A model generated the notes under the pieces. It made no database searches and had not been told where the DNA came from. It saw only the letters and a list, made by a program, of their open reading frames with translations. Shown here piece by piece: positions 1 through 12,395 of a stretch of 64,000 nucleotides of DNA (positions are counted from its first letter, which is position 1; every line of letters begins with the position of its first letter). Origin of the DNA: Nemertoderma westbladi (Eukaryota; Animalia; Xenacoelomorpha); the NCBI GenBank assembly GCA_032718475.1, contig JAUCBJ010009115.1, positions 1-64,000 of the forward strand. Direction: 5' to 3'. The position numbers were made by a program, and so were the translations under genes.

Positions 1-761
1 CCTGTCAGCCTGTAGTATTTCAGCTAATTTGCAAATGTAGGCTTAATCACTTAAAATGTTTTTAAAAAATGTACATCCCGATCTGATCTGCCGATGGTGA
101 AAGTTTTTATTCCATCGGTAATGAGGGTTGATTTTTCGAGTTACACCCATAAAAACAATAAAAACAAAACTCCCCTTCTGTAACGTCTTGGGGCCCTTCT
201 GGGTCTGGGCAGCTGGGCCTCATGCCATTTTAGAGTTGAATTTACAACTTCAGAACTTAAAAGTTGAATTTAAAAAAAAAGTTTTAAATTTCAACTCAGT
301 TGAAATTTGAACTTCTCCCCGACTGTACAGGAAATTAGTCACAGCCAAAGGCTGACAGGAATACTGTCTAGACATCAGGCAGTCAGGCTGTCAGGACATG
401 CAGACATGTTTTGTTGACGATTAGCAATTAGGCCTACTCCCCATACACCATACAGCCATAGGCCTACAGCCATAATAATAATACTGTTTAATTCTCTAAA
501 ATCAAAGGCACAACACAGGCCTATTGCAGTAGGCCTATAGCAGTATAGCGTTAGCGTACAGGCCTATAGCTATAGCAGTATAGTATATCTGTAGGCAGGT
601 AGGCCTATATGAAACTCAAAAGGAGACATAGGCCTACCGCAAAAAGTTGGCTGATGAGTGATGGGGGCAGGCAGGCAGGGGGGGGGGGGGGGGGGAGTCA
701 ACTGTAACTGTGTAAAGCACTACCGGGACCGGCTGACTGCAGGACTGGTAGAATAACTTAC

Positions 762-777
762 CTAATCTCTCAACCAT
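762..777 (-). CDS. Candidate short first coding exon (MVERL + phase-1 donor) of an unidentified gene running leftwards out of the window
   Basis: Minus strand reads ATG GTT GAG AGA TTA G|GTAAGT, a perfect donor, with an in-frame TAA four codons upstream of the ATG. No downstream exon was identified, so this is weak. Confidence 0.25.
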
Positions 778-1299
778 ATCTTTGTATTATAATGCAGCAC
801 AGCACCGTGACAATCAGACAAACAATGCACAGTCAGACAGTGTAATCCCAGGACGTGGTACACTAATCTGGTAATGTTGTAATGGTTGAATTGAATGCAA
901 TGGAAACAGTCCTGCAGTCCAATAAAGTTGTTACAAGTCAGCCTGTGTGCCGTGTGGGTGGTGCGGCAGTGCTGGTACAGTACCGGTAGCATGTAATGTT
1001 TGTGAGTGCTGCGCAGCGCCAGCGGCAAGACCAAACAGCCAAAGCCAGGGAGCCATCAGTGTACTGTACGAGAGCGGGTTTGTAGCGGTGACATGATGCA
1101 ATAATCGTAATTCTTGATTTTCTTTGAAAATACAGTAGATTTTGCCATTATTTGCTACCCATTAATTTATTAACTACCCAAGTTTGTATTACTTTGCTTT
1201 GCTGCTTCAATCTGTAGTGATGAATGCTGCGTTATACATGTGGGGCGAGCCATGTATAGCCTACAGTAAGTAAGTTTCTCTGAGTTTTTTGATAGTAAA

Positions 1300-3470
1300 A
1301 ATTGGCAATCCGAATATGCACCATTTGTATATCTGTAAACGATTATTGGAAAACATTTAGCGATATCTTAAAGTCTCTGGTATAAATCGACAGAATACAA
1401 GCGCTGTGCTAAGGCAGCTTCCAAGGCTGCTTACAGAGCTTCTTGTGTGCGAAAAAACAAGATTCTTAGTTCAGAAAAAGCAGACGCTATTTCCTCTTAT
1501 GTTAAATAAGAAATATAATAACAGAGCCAGAATTTCAGCATTCAGCATTTGTAAATGTAATTAGCGGAATTTCAGCATTAATCGGTAGTACAATTATTGA
1601 TGATACTGCGAGAGCTAATATACTGAACTTGCAAATATTTTTTCGGAATGGAAATTTACCTAATTTTAATGGGAAAGTGCCCTTGAATGTAAATACAGTA
1701 TATCTTCTATCGATTTTTTACCTGTTGATGTTTTTACAGTGCTTCGTAAATTAGACCCTAAATTAAGTACTGTAATACATGGTTTTACCTTGTTATATTT
1801 TTTCTAAATTAGCGCGTTGTCTGGCGGCACCTCTCTCCGTAATATTTAATGTTTCATTCGAGACACATGCTTTACCTGATATTTGGCTTAAAGCTAATAA
1901 TATCCCCCTTTTTAAAGAAGGAGATCCAACAAATCCGTATAATTATAGACCCGTATCACTTACATGTATTGCATGTAAGGTAATGGAGACCGATATTGAC
2001 TGAAATGCTGGACTTTTGTTGAAAAAACATCTGATTACAAAGTCTCAGCATGTATTCATGAAGAGACGCTCTACTTGTACTCAACTACAAGGCCTACAGT
2101 ACAGTAGAATCCACAAAATGAATTGTATAAATTAATTGATAATCGCAAGTCAGTCCCCATGTAATATACATTGATCTAGCTAAAGCATTTGATTATCTTG
2201 TGCATACTGTACAATGTTGTTGCATAAATTGTCTAGTTAGTTTCGGTATTTCCGGTAGGCCCTCTATTTTATTATTATGGTTGATTGCTTTACTTAGTAA
2301 CCGTACACAAAGCCGCCACGTACAAAGTACACCGTGCGTGTTGGCGTTGTTGGGGCTAAGTATTCAATCACATGTGATGTAATTTCTGGTACTGTGTACA
2401 GGGCAGTGTACCGGGTTCATTGCTATTTTTATTTTTCATAAATGACCTTCCTGAAGAAATTGGTCCTATACCACGTCTGTTATTTGTAGACGATTTAAAG
2501 ATGTTTACACAAAGCAGTGATAGTGGCAACTCAAAATAGCAGCTGACAAATGTAGAGTACTTCATACTGTATAGGTGTAAAAAGGGGATACCAGTGAATT
2601 TGCGTATTTTGTAAATGGAATAAATAGAATAAATACATTTAATTAAAAAGGATAGTACATTTAAAGATCTTGGAGTTTTTGTTTCTAAAAATTTAAAATT
2701 TGATTTTCATTGAAAATAAAAGGTGGCGAAAGCTTTTCAGATTATGAATTTAATATTTAGATGTTTCTTCACTATGTAGTAATAAAAGTGCTTTAATTAG
2801 GGCTTACAAGAGTTAGTTCGACCAATAATTGAGTATTGTGCGCCTGTATGGTCACCGTTTCAATTAGGAAGCATAGATCTACTGTAGTAGAGCGTGTACA
2901 ACGCTATTGTACCCGTAGGTTGTACTGTATGCTCGTTGTGGCCTACAACGCACAAATTATATGAATCGTTTGGAACATTTCAATTTACAACCTCTAGAAC
3001 TTCGTAGGATAATATTTGAAATAAAGACTTAAAACATTATAAATAATCGCGTAGATTTGGATAATAATTATTTCTTTATGATATCAAGTGACAATAATTG
3101 TACACGTGGTCATAACTTTAAACTTTTTATGAATAGATATACTGTATGTAGATTACAAGTAACAAAGTTTTGTTTTGCAAATCGTACTGTTCCAATTTGG
3201 AATAATTTGTCGCCAGACATTGTTAACGCGCGTAAAAAAAGCAATAATCTTTGATACTAACATGTAGTTTACATAGATAAATATGTTTTTCTTTTTGTTT
3301 GTTCTTATTCTATTTTATTTGTTTATGCCATTTATGCTATTCTGTGTATAATATTTGATCAGTTTTTAGATTACCCGTTAGTGGATTCAAAGAGAGGCCC
3401 TGGGTAATTTTTTCTTCCTTTTTAATTAATCTTTTTAAATTAAATTGTTAATAAAAATAATATTAATATT
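1300..3470 (+). mobile_element. Decayed CR1/L2-group LINE (reverse transcriptase and 3' end)
   Basis: Broken-frame motifs in the expected order: IPLFKEGDPTNPYNYRPVSLTCIACKVME, YIDLAKAFD, QGSV, LFVDDLK, KDLGV, RPIIEYCAPVWSP, TRGHNFKL, NRTVPIWNNL. Many stops and frameshifts. Boundaries are approximate. Confidence 0.85.
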
Positions 3471-3959
3471 ATGTCCAGTTAAGCCTTAGCGTAGGTGTGT
3501 AGTTAGTGAACCCATCCGTTGTCGTCGTCATAGTTGGAAACGTTTCAACGCTAATAAGTCGGTCAATCTTTGACGAAATGGAACCAAACTTGCTACATAC
3601 TGTATATCATATATGATAGTGGTAGTAAATGTAGTAGTATACATACACCCTATATTATAGGGTGTATACTACTACTACTGTACTACTAGGTCGAGCGAAC
3701 TCAGACAGTGGAAATTAGAGTATCCTTCCAGGCTTCCCGATTCTCCATAGTTGTCGCAATTTCGTTTCTCCTAAGTTCAGTATCCCTTTCAAGTTGATCT
3801 ATATATGTTATGGCAGGTCGTCCACGACTACGCTTTCCATGTGTTTAGTAGCCAGCCAGAAAAGTAGATCTGGTATGACCTCTTCCAAAATTCTCCAGCA
3901 GTGCCCACTGAATCTTAATCTGAGTTCACGGAAGGTGGTTGATACAGGTGCTATTGTAC

Positions 3960-4410
3960 CAAAGAGCTCGGCGTTTGTCATGTGTGGTCTCCAGCTCTAC
4001 CGTGCAATGTAAAAAGACCGCTCGTCGCATTTTTTTCCAAAATTCACTTTTTCTGGGTCTAAAAAATGCGCTCAATATAATGATATAATCGAGAACACCG
4101 TATCTACTCTAGTTCTCGAGATATGCAATGTAGAAAGGCCGTAAGTCACAACTAGCATATGTTACAATGGTAAAAGACCGTAAAAAGACCGCAACTACTT
4201 AAATTTATGCAAAAAACCGTAAGTCACAAGACTTGCGGTGTTTTATCATTGCAGAGATAATAAGAAAACGCAGATACGGTTTTATTGAAATATGTGTCTT
4301 TTGACTTGCGGTTTTTTACTATTAGCAGAAAAGGCGCGAAATTCAAAATTGAAATTTCACCTGAAGTGACTTGCGGTGTTTTATCATCATATACTGTAGC
4401 TCTATGCTAC
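3960..4410. mobile_element. Probable MITE relic with internal inverted sub-repeats
   Basis: Several copies of an AAAA(G)ACCG(T/C)AAGTCAC-like motif (4010-4227) face several GACTTGCGG(T/G)TTTT copies (4230-4385). Ends and target duplication were not resolved. Confidence 0.35.
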
Positions 4411-4734
4411 GGAAAGTAACAATGTGTCTATAATATATGCTACGGAACAACGACTAGAGAATAGACTTTGCAATTATTGCATTAAGATATACCCGAAGTA
4501 AACGTCACTACATTTTAATATTTAATTAGGATTATATATCCTTGTAGCGGTAACAGTTGTGTTCTCATATTATTTATTGCGTATTGTTGATTGATGATAA
4601 TAGTAAAATACTGTACAGTACTGTACTATAGCGCTGACCTATTACTCTATAATTAAATTTTTTGTAATTCATCTGTATCTTTGAGTCAGGTTTATTGGGA
4701 ACCCCGAGATTTTGTGACGTTTCCTAAAATTTAA

Positions 4735-5420
4735 TGGGCTATACCTAACTGATCTAAACTTTGCTGATGACGTAGGAGTACTCTCAGAATCACTAGAGAG
4801 AAGAGCCCAACTAATGAGCTCCTCACCTCAGCTCAGTACAGCTCAGCTTCTTGTGTCGGTCTATTTGTAGATATTGACAGTTAATTTAGCCGGTCCTCAA
4901 GAAATGTGTGAAGACCGTAGAATACGTAAAGGCTTGGGCAGCTTTCAATGGGCTGTCCAGGATTTGGAAGTCACATAGGAAACGTCGGAAACTTAAGGTT
5001 TGACTAATTAGAGCAGCAGTAGAGCCAGTAGGCCTACTCCTATAGGGGAATCCATACGGGACTCTAACTCCTAAGAATACCAAATCTCTAGATGGCACGT
5101 ACACAATTAATAATGTTATGCCTGATTCATTGTGTCAAGTACAATGCGCACAACTCCAAGCAGACACTATATAATATTGGAAGAGGTGTGCTGTAGGGCC
5201 GCCTCCGTTTTGCAGGACATTGCTTTCGCCATGAGGACCAGCCAGTGCATAATCTTGCGCTTTGGAGGCCTCATGGAGAAAATAAGCAAGGTGAAAAGCC
5301 TGACTTTCTACAGACGCTCTTAAAGGACACAGGCTTTGAAGATGGGGATAATTTCGCGAAAGTCATGAGGGTAGGAAGATGAGGCGGCGCAATTTTGTCG
5401 ACAAGCCGGCAAGGCTTTCG
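4735..5420 (+). mobile_element. Old, internally deleted copy of the same RTE-clade LINE found at 7668-8868
   Basis: Collinear similarity to 8023-8810, e.g. TACCTAACTGATCTA.ACTTTGCTGATGAC, AGGATTTGGAAGTCAC, CACCAAATCTCT-like, AATTTTGTCGACAAGCCGGCA, with many indels. Confidence 0.85.
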
Positions 5421-6178
5421 TAGTGCACGAGCATTACAGCAAGCCAATTGTGGATTGTATGGTGTGGACTCAATTTTTTTTGTTAAGCCAGCATGGAAAC
5501 TCAATGTGTAGTTGCCATGCAGCAGATTATACAGTAGATAGACCAAAATCCACTAATAAAACGACAGTATTAATTATACTATCATATTTATATACTGACT
5601 TTAAGATAAAGTGATAAAATAGAAATATGTTTTTATTAAATTTTACATATTACAGTACATATAATAACCAAAACGGTATGTGTGTCCAGGCAGATTTATT
5701 ATTTGTAAAACGATAAGAAATTCAATCCGAAATTGCCAATAATATGTGCGTTCAAAGTTTACGTTGTCAATAATAATTGTTCTAGGTTTCCTTAGAATGC
5801 TATTTGTTGTGTCCTGAATGCAATTACTGTTAGTTTCCCGAGATGGTGTGGCATTGTCCGTTTTATAATTCCTATTTTGTCGACTGATACCGCCAATTGC
5901 TTTACCTAACTAAATATTATAACTACATCGTAAGCAATAGTCTGAAACTACTGCCTGCTGTGTCAGTCCAAGGTAAGAGTGAATGGGAGGGGATGGTAAC
6001 ACGTCATTTTTATAACACAAATATTAGGAAATGAATTTGAGTTTTGGTAGGTTTGTTAGGCCCTTTGGTTGCTAGGTCCTTAGTCTTTAGGCCTCACACA
6101 ATATGTGTGTCTGCGGGCCTCAATGGGGTGTGTCTGCGGGCCTCACCATGTGAGTCTGGTGTACGTCTAGCTCTAGGT

Positions 6179-6641
6179 CTACTACTAGGATGGGCATGCT
6201 GCATTGCAGCTGCATTTTTGTGCTGGCTTGTCGACAAAATTGCGCCGCCACAACTCCCTATCACCCATGACATTTGCTAGATCATCCGCATCTTCAAGGC
6301 CAGTGTCCTTTAAGACGCGTCTCAAGAAAGTCATGGGCTGTCCACCATGCTTATTCACTCCATGCGGCTGCCAAAGTACAAGATTATGCACTGGCTGGTC
6401 CTCACGGCGAAAGCAATGTCCTGCAAAGCGGAGGCGATTTTGTTCTAGTGTCAAGCTTGGGGGAACCAATGAGACACCTCCAATGTTATATAGTGTCTGG
6501 TTGGAGATGTGTGCATTGTACTTGACACAATGAACCCGGCGTAGCATTCTTGTGAATGTGCCATCCAGAGATTTGGTGTCCTCAGCAGTTAGAGCCCAGC
6601 ATGGACACCCATAGAGGAGTACTGGAACTATTGCTGCTCTA
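6179..6641 (-). mobile_element. 5'-truncated RTE-clade LINE, 3' 460 bp with (TAG)3 tail
   Basis: Nearly identical reverse complement of about 8388-8860. Encodes VPVLLYG..WALT...RLRFAGHCFRREDQPVHNLVLWQP. Plus strand CTACTACTAG at 6179 is the tail. Confidence 0.92.
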
Positions 6642-9600
6642 TTGCGGGTCTTACTCATGTGTGTCCGTGGCTCTAGGTCGGCTGCTGAGGACTCGGCTGC
6701 TGCGGGTCTCACTCATGTGTGTCCGTGGCTCTAGGTCGGCTGCTGCGGGTCTCACTCAATGTGTCCGTGGCTCTAGGTCGGTTGCTGAGGACCTCACTCA
6801 TGTGTGTCCGTGGCTCTAGGTCGGCTGCTGCGGATCTCACTCAATGTGTCCGTGGCTCTAGGTCGGCTGCTGCGGGTCTCACTCAATGTGTCCGTGGCTC
6901 TAGGTCGGCTGCTGTGGGTCTCACTCATGTGTGTCCGTGGCTCTAGGTCGGCTGCTGAGGATCTCACTCATGTGTGTCCGTGGCTCTAGGTCGGCTGCTG
7001 TGGGTCTCACTCATGTGTGTCCGTGGCTCTAGGTCGGCTGCTGCGGGTCTCACTCAATGTGTCCGTGGCTCTAGGTCGGCTGCTGAGGATCTCACTCATG
7101 TGTGTCCGTGGCTCTAGGTCGGCTGCTGCGGGTCTCACTCATGTGTGTCCGTGGCTCTAGGTCGGCTGCTGTGGGTCTCACTCATGTGTGTCCGTGGCTC
7201 TAGGTCGGCTGCTGAGGACCTCACTCATGTGTGTCCGTGGCTCTAGGTCGGCTGCCGCGGGTCTCACTCATGTGTGTCCGTGGCTCTAGGTCGGCTGCTG
7301 CGGGTCTCGCTCAATGTGTCCGTGGCTCTAGGTCGGCTGCTGCGTGTCTCACTCATGTGTGCCCGTGGCTCTAGGTCGGCTGCTGAGGACCTCACTCATG
7401 TGTGTCCGTGGCTCTAGGTCGGCTGCCGCGGGCCTCACTCATGTGTGTCCGTGGCTCTAGGTCGGCTGCTGAGGACCTCACTCATGCGTGTCTGTGGCTC
7501 TAGGTTGGCTGCTGCGGGTCTCACTTATGTGTGTCTGTGGCTCTAGGTCGGCTGCTGAGGATCTCACTCATGTGTGTCCGTGGCTCTAGGTCGGCTGCTG
7601 CGGGTCTCACTCATGTGTGTCCGTGGCTCTAGGTCGGCTGCTGCGGGTCTCGCTCAATGTGTCCGTGATCAAAAAAGAAAGACAGGCATCTGGCTGTTAT
7701 CTTTGTTGACTTCTTCAAGGCCTTTGATTCAGTCTCTCGCTCACGTATGTTCAGCATACTTTCATTATATGGGATTCCTGATGAAATTATTGCAGCAATC
7801 AGATCAGTATACGATGGTTCGACAACATTTGTGTCTACTGTTGACGGTGACACAGAACCATTTGAAGTGTTATGGGGCGTCCTCCAAGGAGACACACTTG
7901 CACCATTCTTGTTCATTATTGTGGTTGACTATGTTCTACGCATGTCCTTAGATCATCATAATGATGATGGGGTGATGATAACTCCACCTACTGGCTCCAG
8001 AAGTCGAGGAAATCCTGCCAAGTACCTAACTGATCTAGACTTTGCTGATGACTTAGGTGTACTCTCAGAATCATTAGATGGAGCCCAGCGGCTCCTCAGC
8101 TCATTAGAACATGCTGCTTCTAGTGTTGGTCTTTTTATTAACTCCAGAAAGACCAAAATTCTGACAGTTAACTTTGAAAGTCCTCAGCAAGTCTCTGATC
8201 GGATGAGCATAAGCTCAAAGGATGGTATGCTTGAGCATGTGGACGACTTCTGTTACCTGGGATCATGGATCCGGAAGTCAGGTGAGGACCTTCGAATACG
8301 TAAGGGAAAGGCATGGGCAGCCTTGAATAGGCTTTCCAGGATTTGGAAGTCACCTAGAATTAATCGGAAACTTAAGGTCCGATTATTTAGAGCAGCAGTA
8401 GTTCCAGTACTCCTCTACGGGAGTCCATGCTGGGCTCTAACTGCTGAGGACACCAAATCTCTGGATGGCACATTCACAAGAATGCTACGCCGGGTACATT
8501 GTGTCAAGTACAATGCACACATCTCCAACCAGACACTATATAACATTGGAGGTGTCTCATTGGTTCCCCCAAGCTTGACACTAGCACAAAATCGCCTCCG
8601 CTTTGCAGGACATTGCTTTCGCCGTGAGGACCAGCCAGTGCATAATCTTGTACTTTGGCAGCCTCATGGAGTGAATAAGCATGGTGGACAGCCCATGACT
8701 TTCTTGAGACGCATCTTAAAGGACACTGGCCTTAAAGATGCGGATGATCTAGCAAATGTCATGGGTGATAGGGAGTTGTGGCGGTGCAATTTTGTTGACA
8801 AGCCGGCACAGCATTCTTAAAAATGCAGCTGCAATGCAGCATGCCGATCCTAGTAGTAGTAGTAGTAGGTCGGCTGCTGCGGGTCTCGCTCAATGTGTCC
8901 GTGGCTCTAGGTCGGCTGCTGCGTGTCTCACTCATGTGTGCCCGTGGCTCTAGGTCGGCTGCTGAGGACCTCACTCATGTGTGTCCGTGGCTCTAGGTCG
9001 GCTGCTGCGGGTCTCACTCATGTGTGTCCGTGGCTCTAGGTCGGCTGCTGAGGACCTCAATCATGTGTGTCCGTGGCTCTAGGTCTAGGTCGGCTGCTGC
9101 GGATCTCACTCAATGTGTCCGTGGCTCTAGGTCGGCTGCTGCGGGTCTCACTCAATGTGACCGTGGCTCTAGGTCGGCTGCTGTGGGTCTCACTCATGTG
9201 TGTCCGTGGCTCTAGGTCGGCTGCTGAGGATCTCACTCATGTGTGTCCGTGGCTCTAGGTCGGCTGCTGTGGGTCTCACTCATGTGTGTCCGTGGCTCTA
9301 GGTCGGCTGCTGCGGGTCTCACTCAATGTGTCCGTGGCTCTAGGTCGGCTGCTGAGGATCTCACTCATGTGTGTCCGTGGCTCTAGGTCGGCTGCTGCGG
9401 GTCTCACTCATGTGTGTCCGTGGCTCTAGGTCGGCTGCTGCGGGTCTCACTCATGTGTGTCCGTGGCTCTAGGTCGGCTGCTGAGGACCTCACTCATGTG
9501 TGTCCGTGGATCTAGGTCGGCTGCCGCGGGCCTCACTCATGTGTGTCCGTGGCTCTAGGTCGGCTGCTGAGGACCTCACTCATGCGTGTCTGTGGCTCTA

Positions 9601-10560
9601 AGTCGGCTGCTGCGGGTCTCACTCATGTGTGTCCGTGGCTCTAGGTCGGCTGCTGAGGATCTCACTCATGTGTGTCCGTGGCTCTAGGTCGGCTGCCGCG
9701 GGCCTCACTCATGTGTGTCCGTGGCTCTAGGGCGGCTGCTGAGGACCTCACTCATGCGTGTCTGTGGCTCTAGGTTGGCTGCTGCGGGTCTCACTTATGT
9801 GTGTCTGTGGCTCTAGGTCGGCTGCTGAGGATCTCACTCATGTGTGTCCGTGGCTCTAGGTCGGCTGCTGCGGGTCTCACTCATGTGTGTCCGTGGCTCT
9901 AGGTCGGCTGCTGAGGACCTCACTCATGTGTGTCTGTGGCTCTAGGTCGGCTGCTGCGGGTCTCACTCATGTGTGTCCGTGGCTCTAGGTCGGCTGCCGC
10001 GGGCCTCACTCATGTGTGTCCGTGGCTCTAGGTCGGCTGCTGAGGACCTCACTCATGCGTGTCTGTGGCTCTAGGTCGGCTGCTGCGGGTCTCACTCATG
10101 TGTGTCCGTGGCTCTAGGTCGGCTGCTGAGGATCTCACTCATGTGTGTCCGTGGCTCTGGGTCGGCTGCCCCGGGCCTCACTCATGTGTGTCCGTGGCTC
10201 TAGGTCGGCTGCTGAGGACCTCAAACATGCGTGTCTGTGGCTCTAGGTTGGCTGCTGCGGGTCTCACTTATGTGTGTCTGTGGCTCTAGGTCGGCTGCTG
10301 CGGGTCTCACTCAATGTGTCCGTGGCTCTAGGTCGGCTGTTGCGGGTCTCACTCAATGTGTCCGTGGCTCTAGGTCGGCTCCTGAGGACCTCACTCATGC
10401 GTGTCTGTGGCTCTAGGTCGGCTGCTGCGGGTCTCACTCATGTGTGTCTGTGGCTCTAGGTCGGCTGCTGAGGACCTCACTCATGTGTGTCTGTGGCTCT
10501 AGGTCGGCTGCTGAGGACCTCACTCATGTGTGTCCGTAGCTCTAGGTCGGCTGTTGCCGG
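6642..10560. repeat. GC-rich 43/42-bp tandem array (about 63 units), interrupted by an RTE insertion
   Basis: Unit GGCTCTAGGTCGGCTGCTG(CGGGT/AGGAC)CTCACTCATGTGTGTCCGT, head-to-tail with no spacers. About 24 units lie left and about 39 right of the insertion. Degenerate proto-units at 6060-6178. Confidence 0.97.
7668..8868 (+). mobile_element. Young 5'-truncated RTE-clade LINE with intact RT C-terminal ORF, (TAG)6 tail and 38-bp target-site duplication
   Basis: ORF 7747-8820 contains GVLQGDTLAPFLFIIVVDY, LDFADDL, FCYLGS and RLRFAGHC. TAGGTCGGCTGCTGCGGGTCTCGCTCAATGTGTCCGTG occurs at 7630-7667 and 8866-8903. Confidence 0.95.
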
Positions 10561-11096
10561 CCTATTACTTGTTGCTAGTTTGTTTAAACTGATAATAAGG
10601 CAGGTAAATTGGATTGTTAGGGGGCGCGTTTACTACAGATATGATTCTCATTAAAATAAAAACACATTAATTGTTGAGTTGATCATAAACAAAGAAGCAC
10701 TATAACATTAATTCCGCCTGAGAACGACATTTTGAGGAAAACCTACCAATATAATAATAATAATAATAATACATGAATGATTATGGGAGACAATCAGCAT
10801 TAAGTAAAATACAAACAGTTGATATCGTTGAATCAAATAACATAATGATAGTGTCATCGAAACATAATAAACATCGTTACAGTTTGTTAAGATTCGAAGA
10901 CCCTAAAACGGTTTGGAGGTCCCCCTAACGGAGCCCCTAACAGTTGCGACATGTTAGAAATTATTAAAGCAAAATAATTCCCATTTAGGGGCTCCGTAGA
11001 TTGTACCTACAGTATACACAGACGATTGTATCATATCTTATTTATGGAACCATAGTTCAGAAAGTCTTTAATTGCCAAAGATTAATTGACTTGTCA

Positions 11097-11248
11097 TCAC
11101 ATTATTTCTAATAATTCCACATCAAATACTAGTGTAGCGTTTGGAGGAATAACCCCAGGATACCCAGCAGGGCCATAAGCGACGTCTGGGCTGCATGTTA
11201 GCTTGGCGCGCTCTCCTTTAGACATCTGTGGGATGCCCTCATCCCATC
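11097..11248 (-). CDS. FKBP12: FKBP12-type peptidyl-prolyl isomerase, exon 3 (last coding exon)
   Basis: ttctag|GA TGG GAT GAG... translates to (G)[49 protein letters not shown]. Phase matches exon 2. Confidence 0.96.
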
Positions 11249-12022
11249 CTAGAATATATAAAGGTAGCCACAACTATAGGAGTACCGGTACAAGAAGTTA
11301 TATAGTTATATACAGTGACGGCAAAGATATAAACCGAGGGATAGATGGGTTTTAGTGACTGCAGAGTTGCCTCCATTTGAAACAGATAGTTTCCCTCCCC
11401 GACCACTGACATGGGTGAGCCAGAATTTTTATTTTCGTTCTTTAGCTACAAACGTTAAATAAAGGTGTCTCCGACGATATATGGGCGTTAAAACGATCCA
11501 TGGTTTTACACCTCTCGAGACTATTTTATTAGCCCGGCACCAATGTAGGCCTAATAATATATATATAAGCCTAATAATATATTTTTTTAAATTTACTCAA
11601 TACTTGCAAATATACTTTGAAATTTAAATATTATGTCTGTATCAGTGTATGCACAATTCACATTAATAATTATAATAGTAGTGCGCAACTATATATACAT
11701 AAACAAAATATTTAAGATATTAAATGGAATAAAAAAGCCTCGTGCAGATGCAAAGCAATGTAGCTATGGAATGCCATTGTTTCAGCTATTTTTCAACGAA
11801 ATTCAGATTGTGTTACATATTTGGAATCCTTGCATGGCCAGCTTTCTAGCATATCTCTATCGGCCTTTCTTTCTTTTTGCCTAATATATCTAGCATTGAA
11901 CCGTCTTTGCTGTCACATTCTGTACGATCAAATCATACATTATTTTAATAATATACATACAGCAGTCGGTCTGGTAACGGTAAATATGGCAGCATGGTGT
12001 TTGTATGTACCGGTAGGCCTAC

Positions 12023-12163
12023 CTTTAATAACTTGCCCAGTTCCGATAGGAATAACGAAAGGTGTTCCTTTATCTCGGGAGGAATCGAACTTCTTCCCGT
12101 TAGTTTGCAGAGTTCCTGTGTAGTGAACAGACACGCGTTGGCCCTTCTTAGGGTAAGTTTTAC
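12023..12163 (-). CDS. FKBP12: FKBP12-type peptidyl-prolyl isomerase, exon 2
   Basis: ttccag|GT AAA ACT... translates to (G)[46 protein letters not shown](G)|gtaggc. Contains the VHYTG and FDSSRD signatures. Confidence 0.96.
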
Positions 12164-12395
12164 CTGGAATTTTATAAACAATTAAATATGTCAGTATGTA
12201 GGCCTATATTTCCGGTAGGCCAATTAAATACCGGTACCGAAAATCGGTATGTAAAATAAAATTGTGATTCAACTTCTTAACGTAGGCCTCCTACAGCTGT
12301 ATGCCTATTATAGGTATTACCGGTATAGGATTAGATACTGAAATATGGAATACTGGAACGGCTGAACGGGCCCACCAGCCTACTGCCTACCGGTT

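Noticed and set aside
1-360. Inverted CCTGTCAGCC / GGCTGACAGG pair suggesting a MITE
   Set aside because: Only 10 bp are visible and the left end is cut by the window edge, so TIR and TSD cannot be confirmed.
8431-8455. RTE-internal GGCTCTAACTGCTGAGGAC resembles the 43-bp unit GGCTCTAGGTCGGCTGCTGAGGAC
   Set aside because: Only 7+11 nt match, with a gap. That is too short to claim the array derives from the LINE.
6642-10560. CRISPR-like appearance of the 43-bp repeats next to a reverse transcriptase
   Set aside because: There are no unique spacers and no cas genes, the context is eukaryotic, and the RT is an RTE LINE with a tail and TSD rather than a retron, DGR or CRISPR-associated RT.
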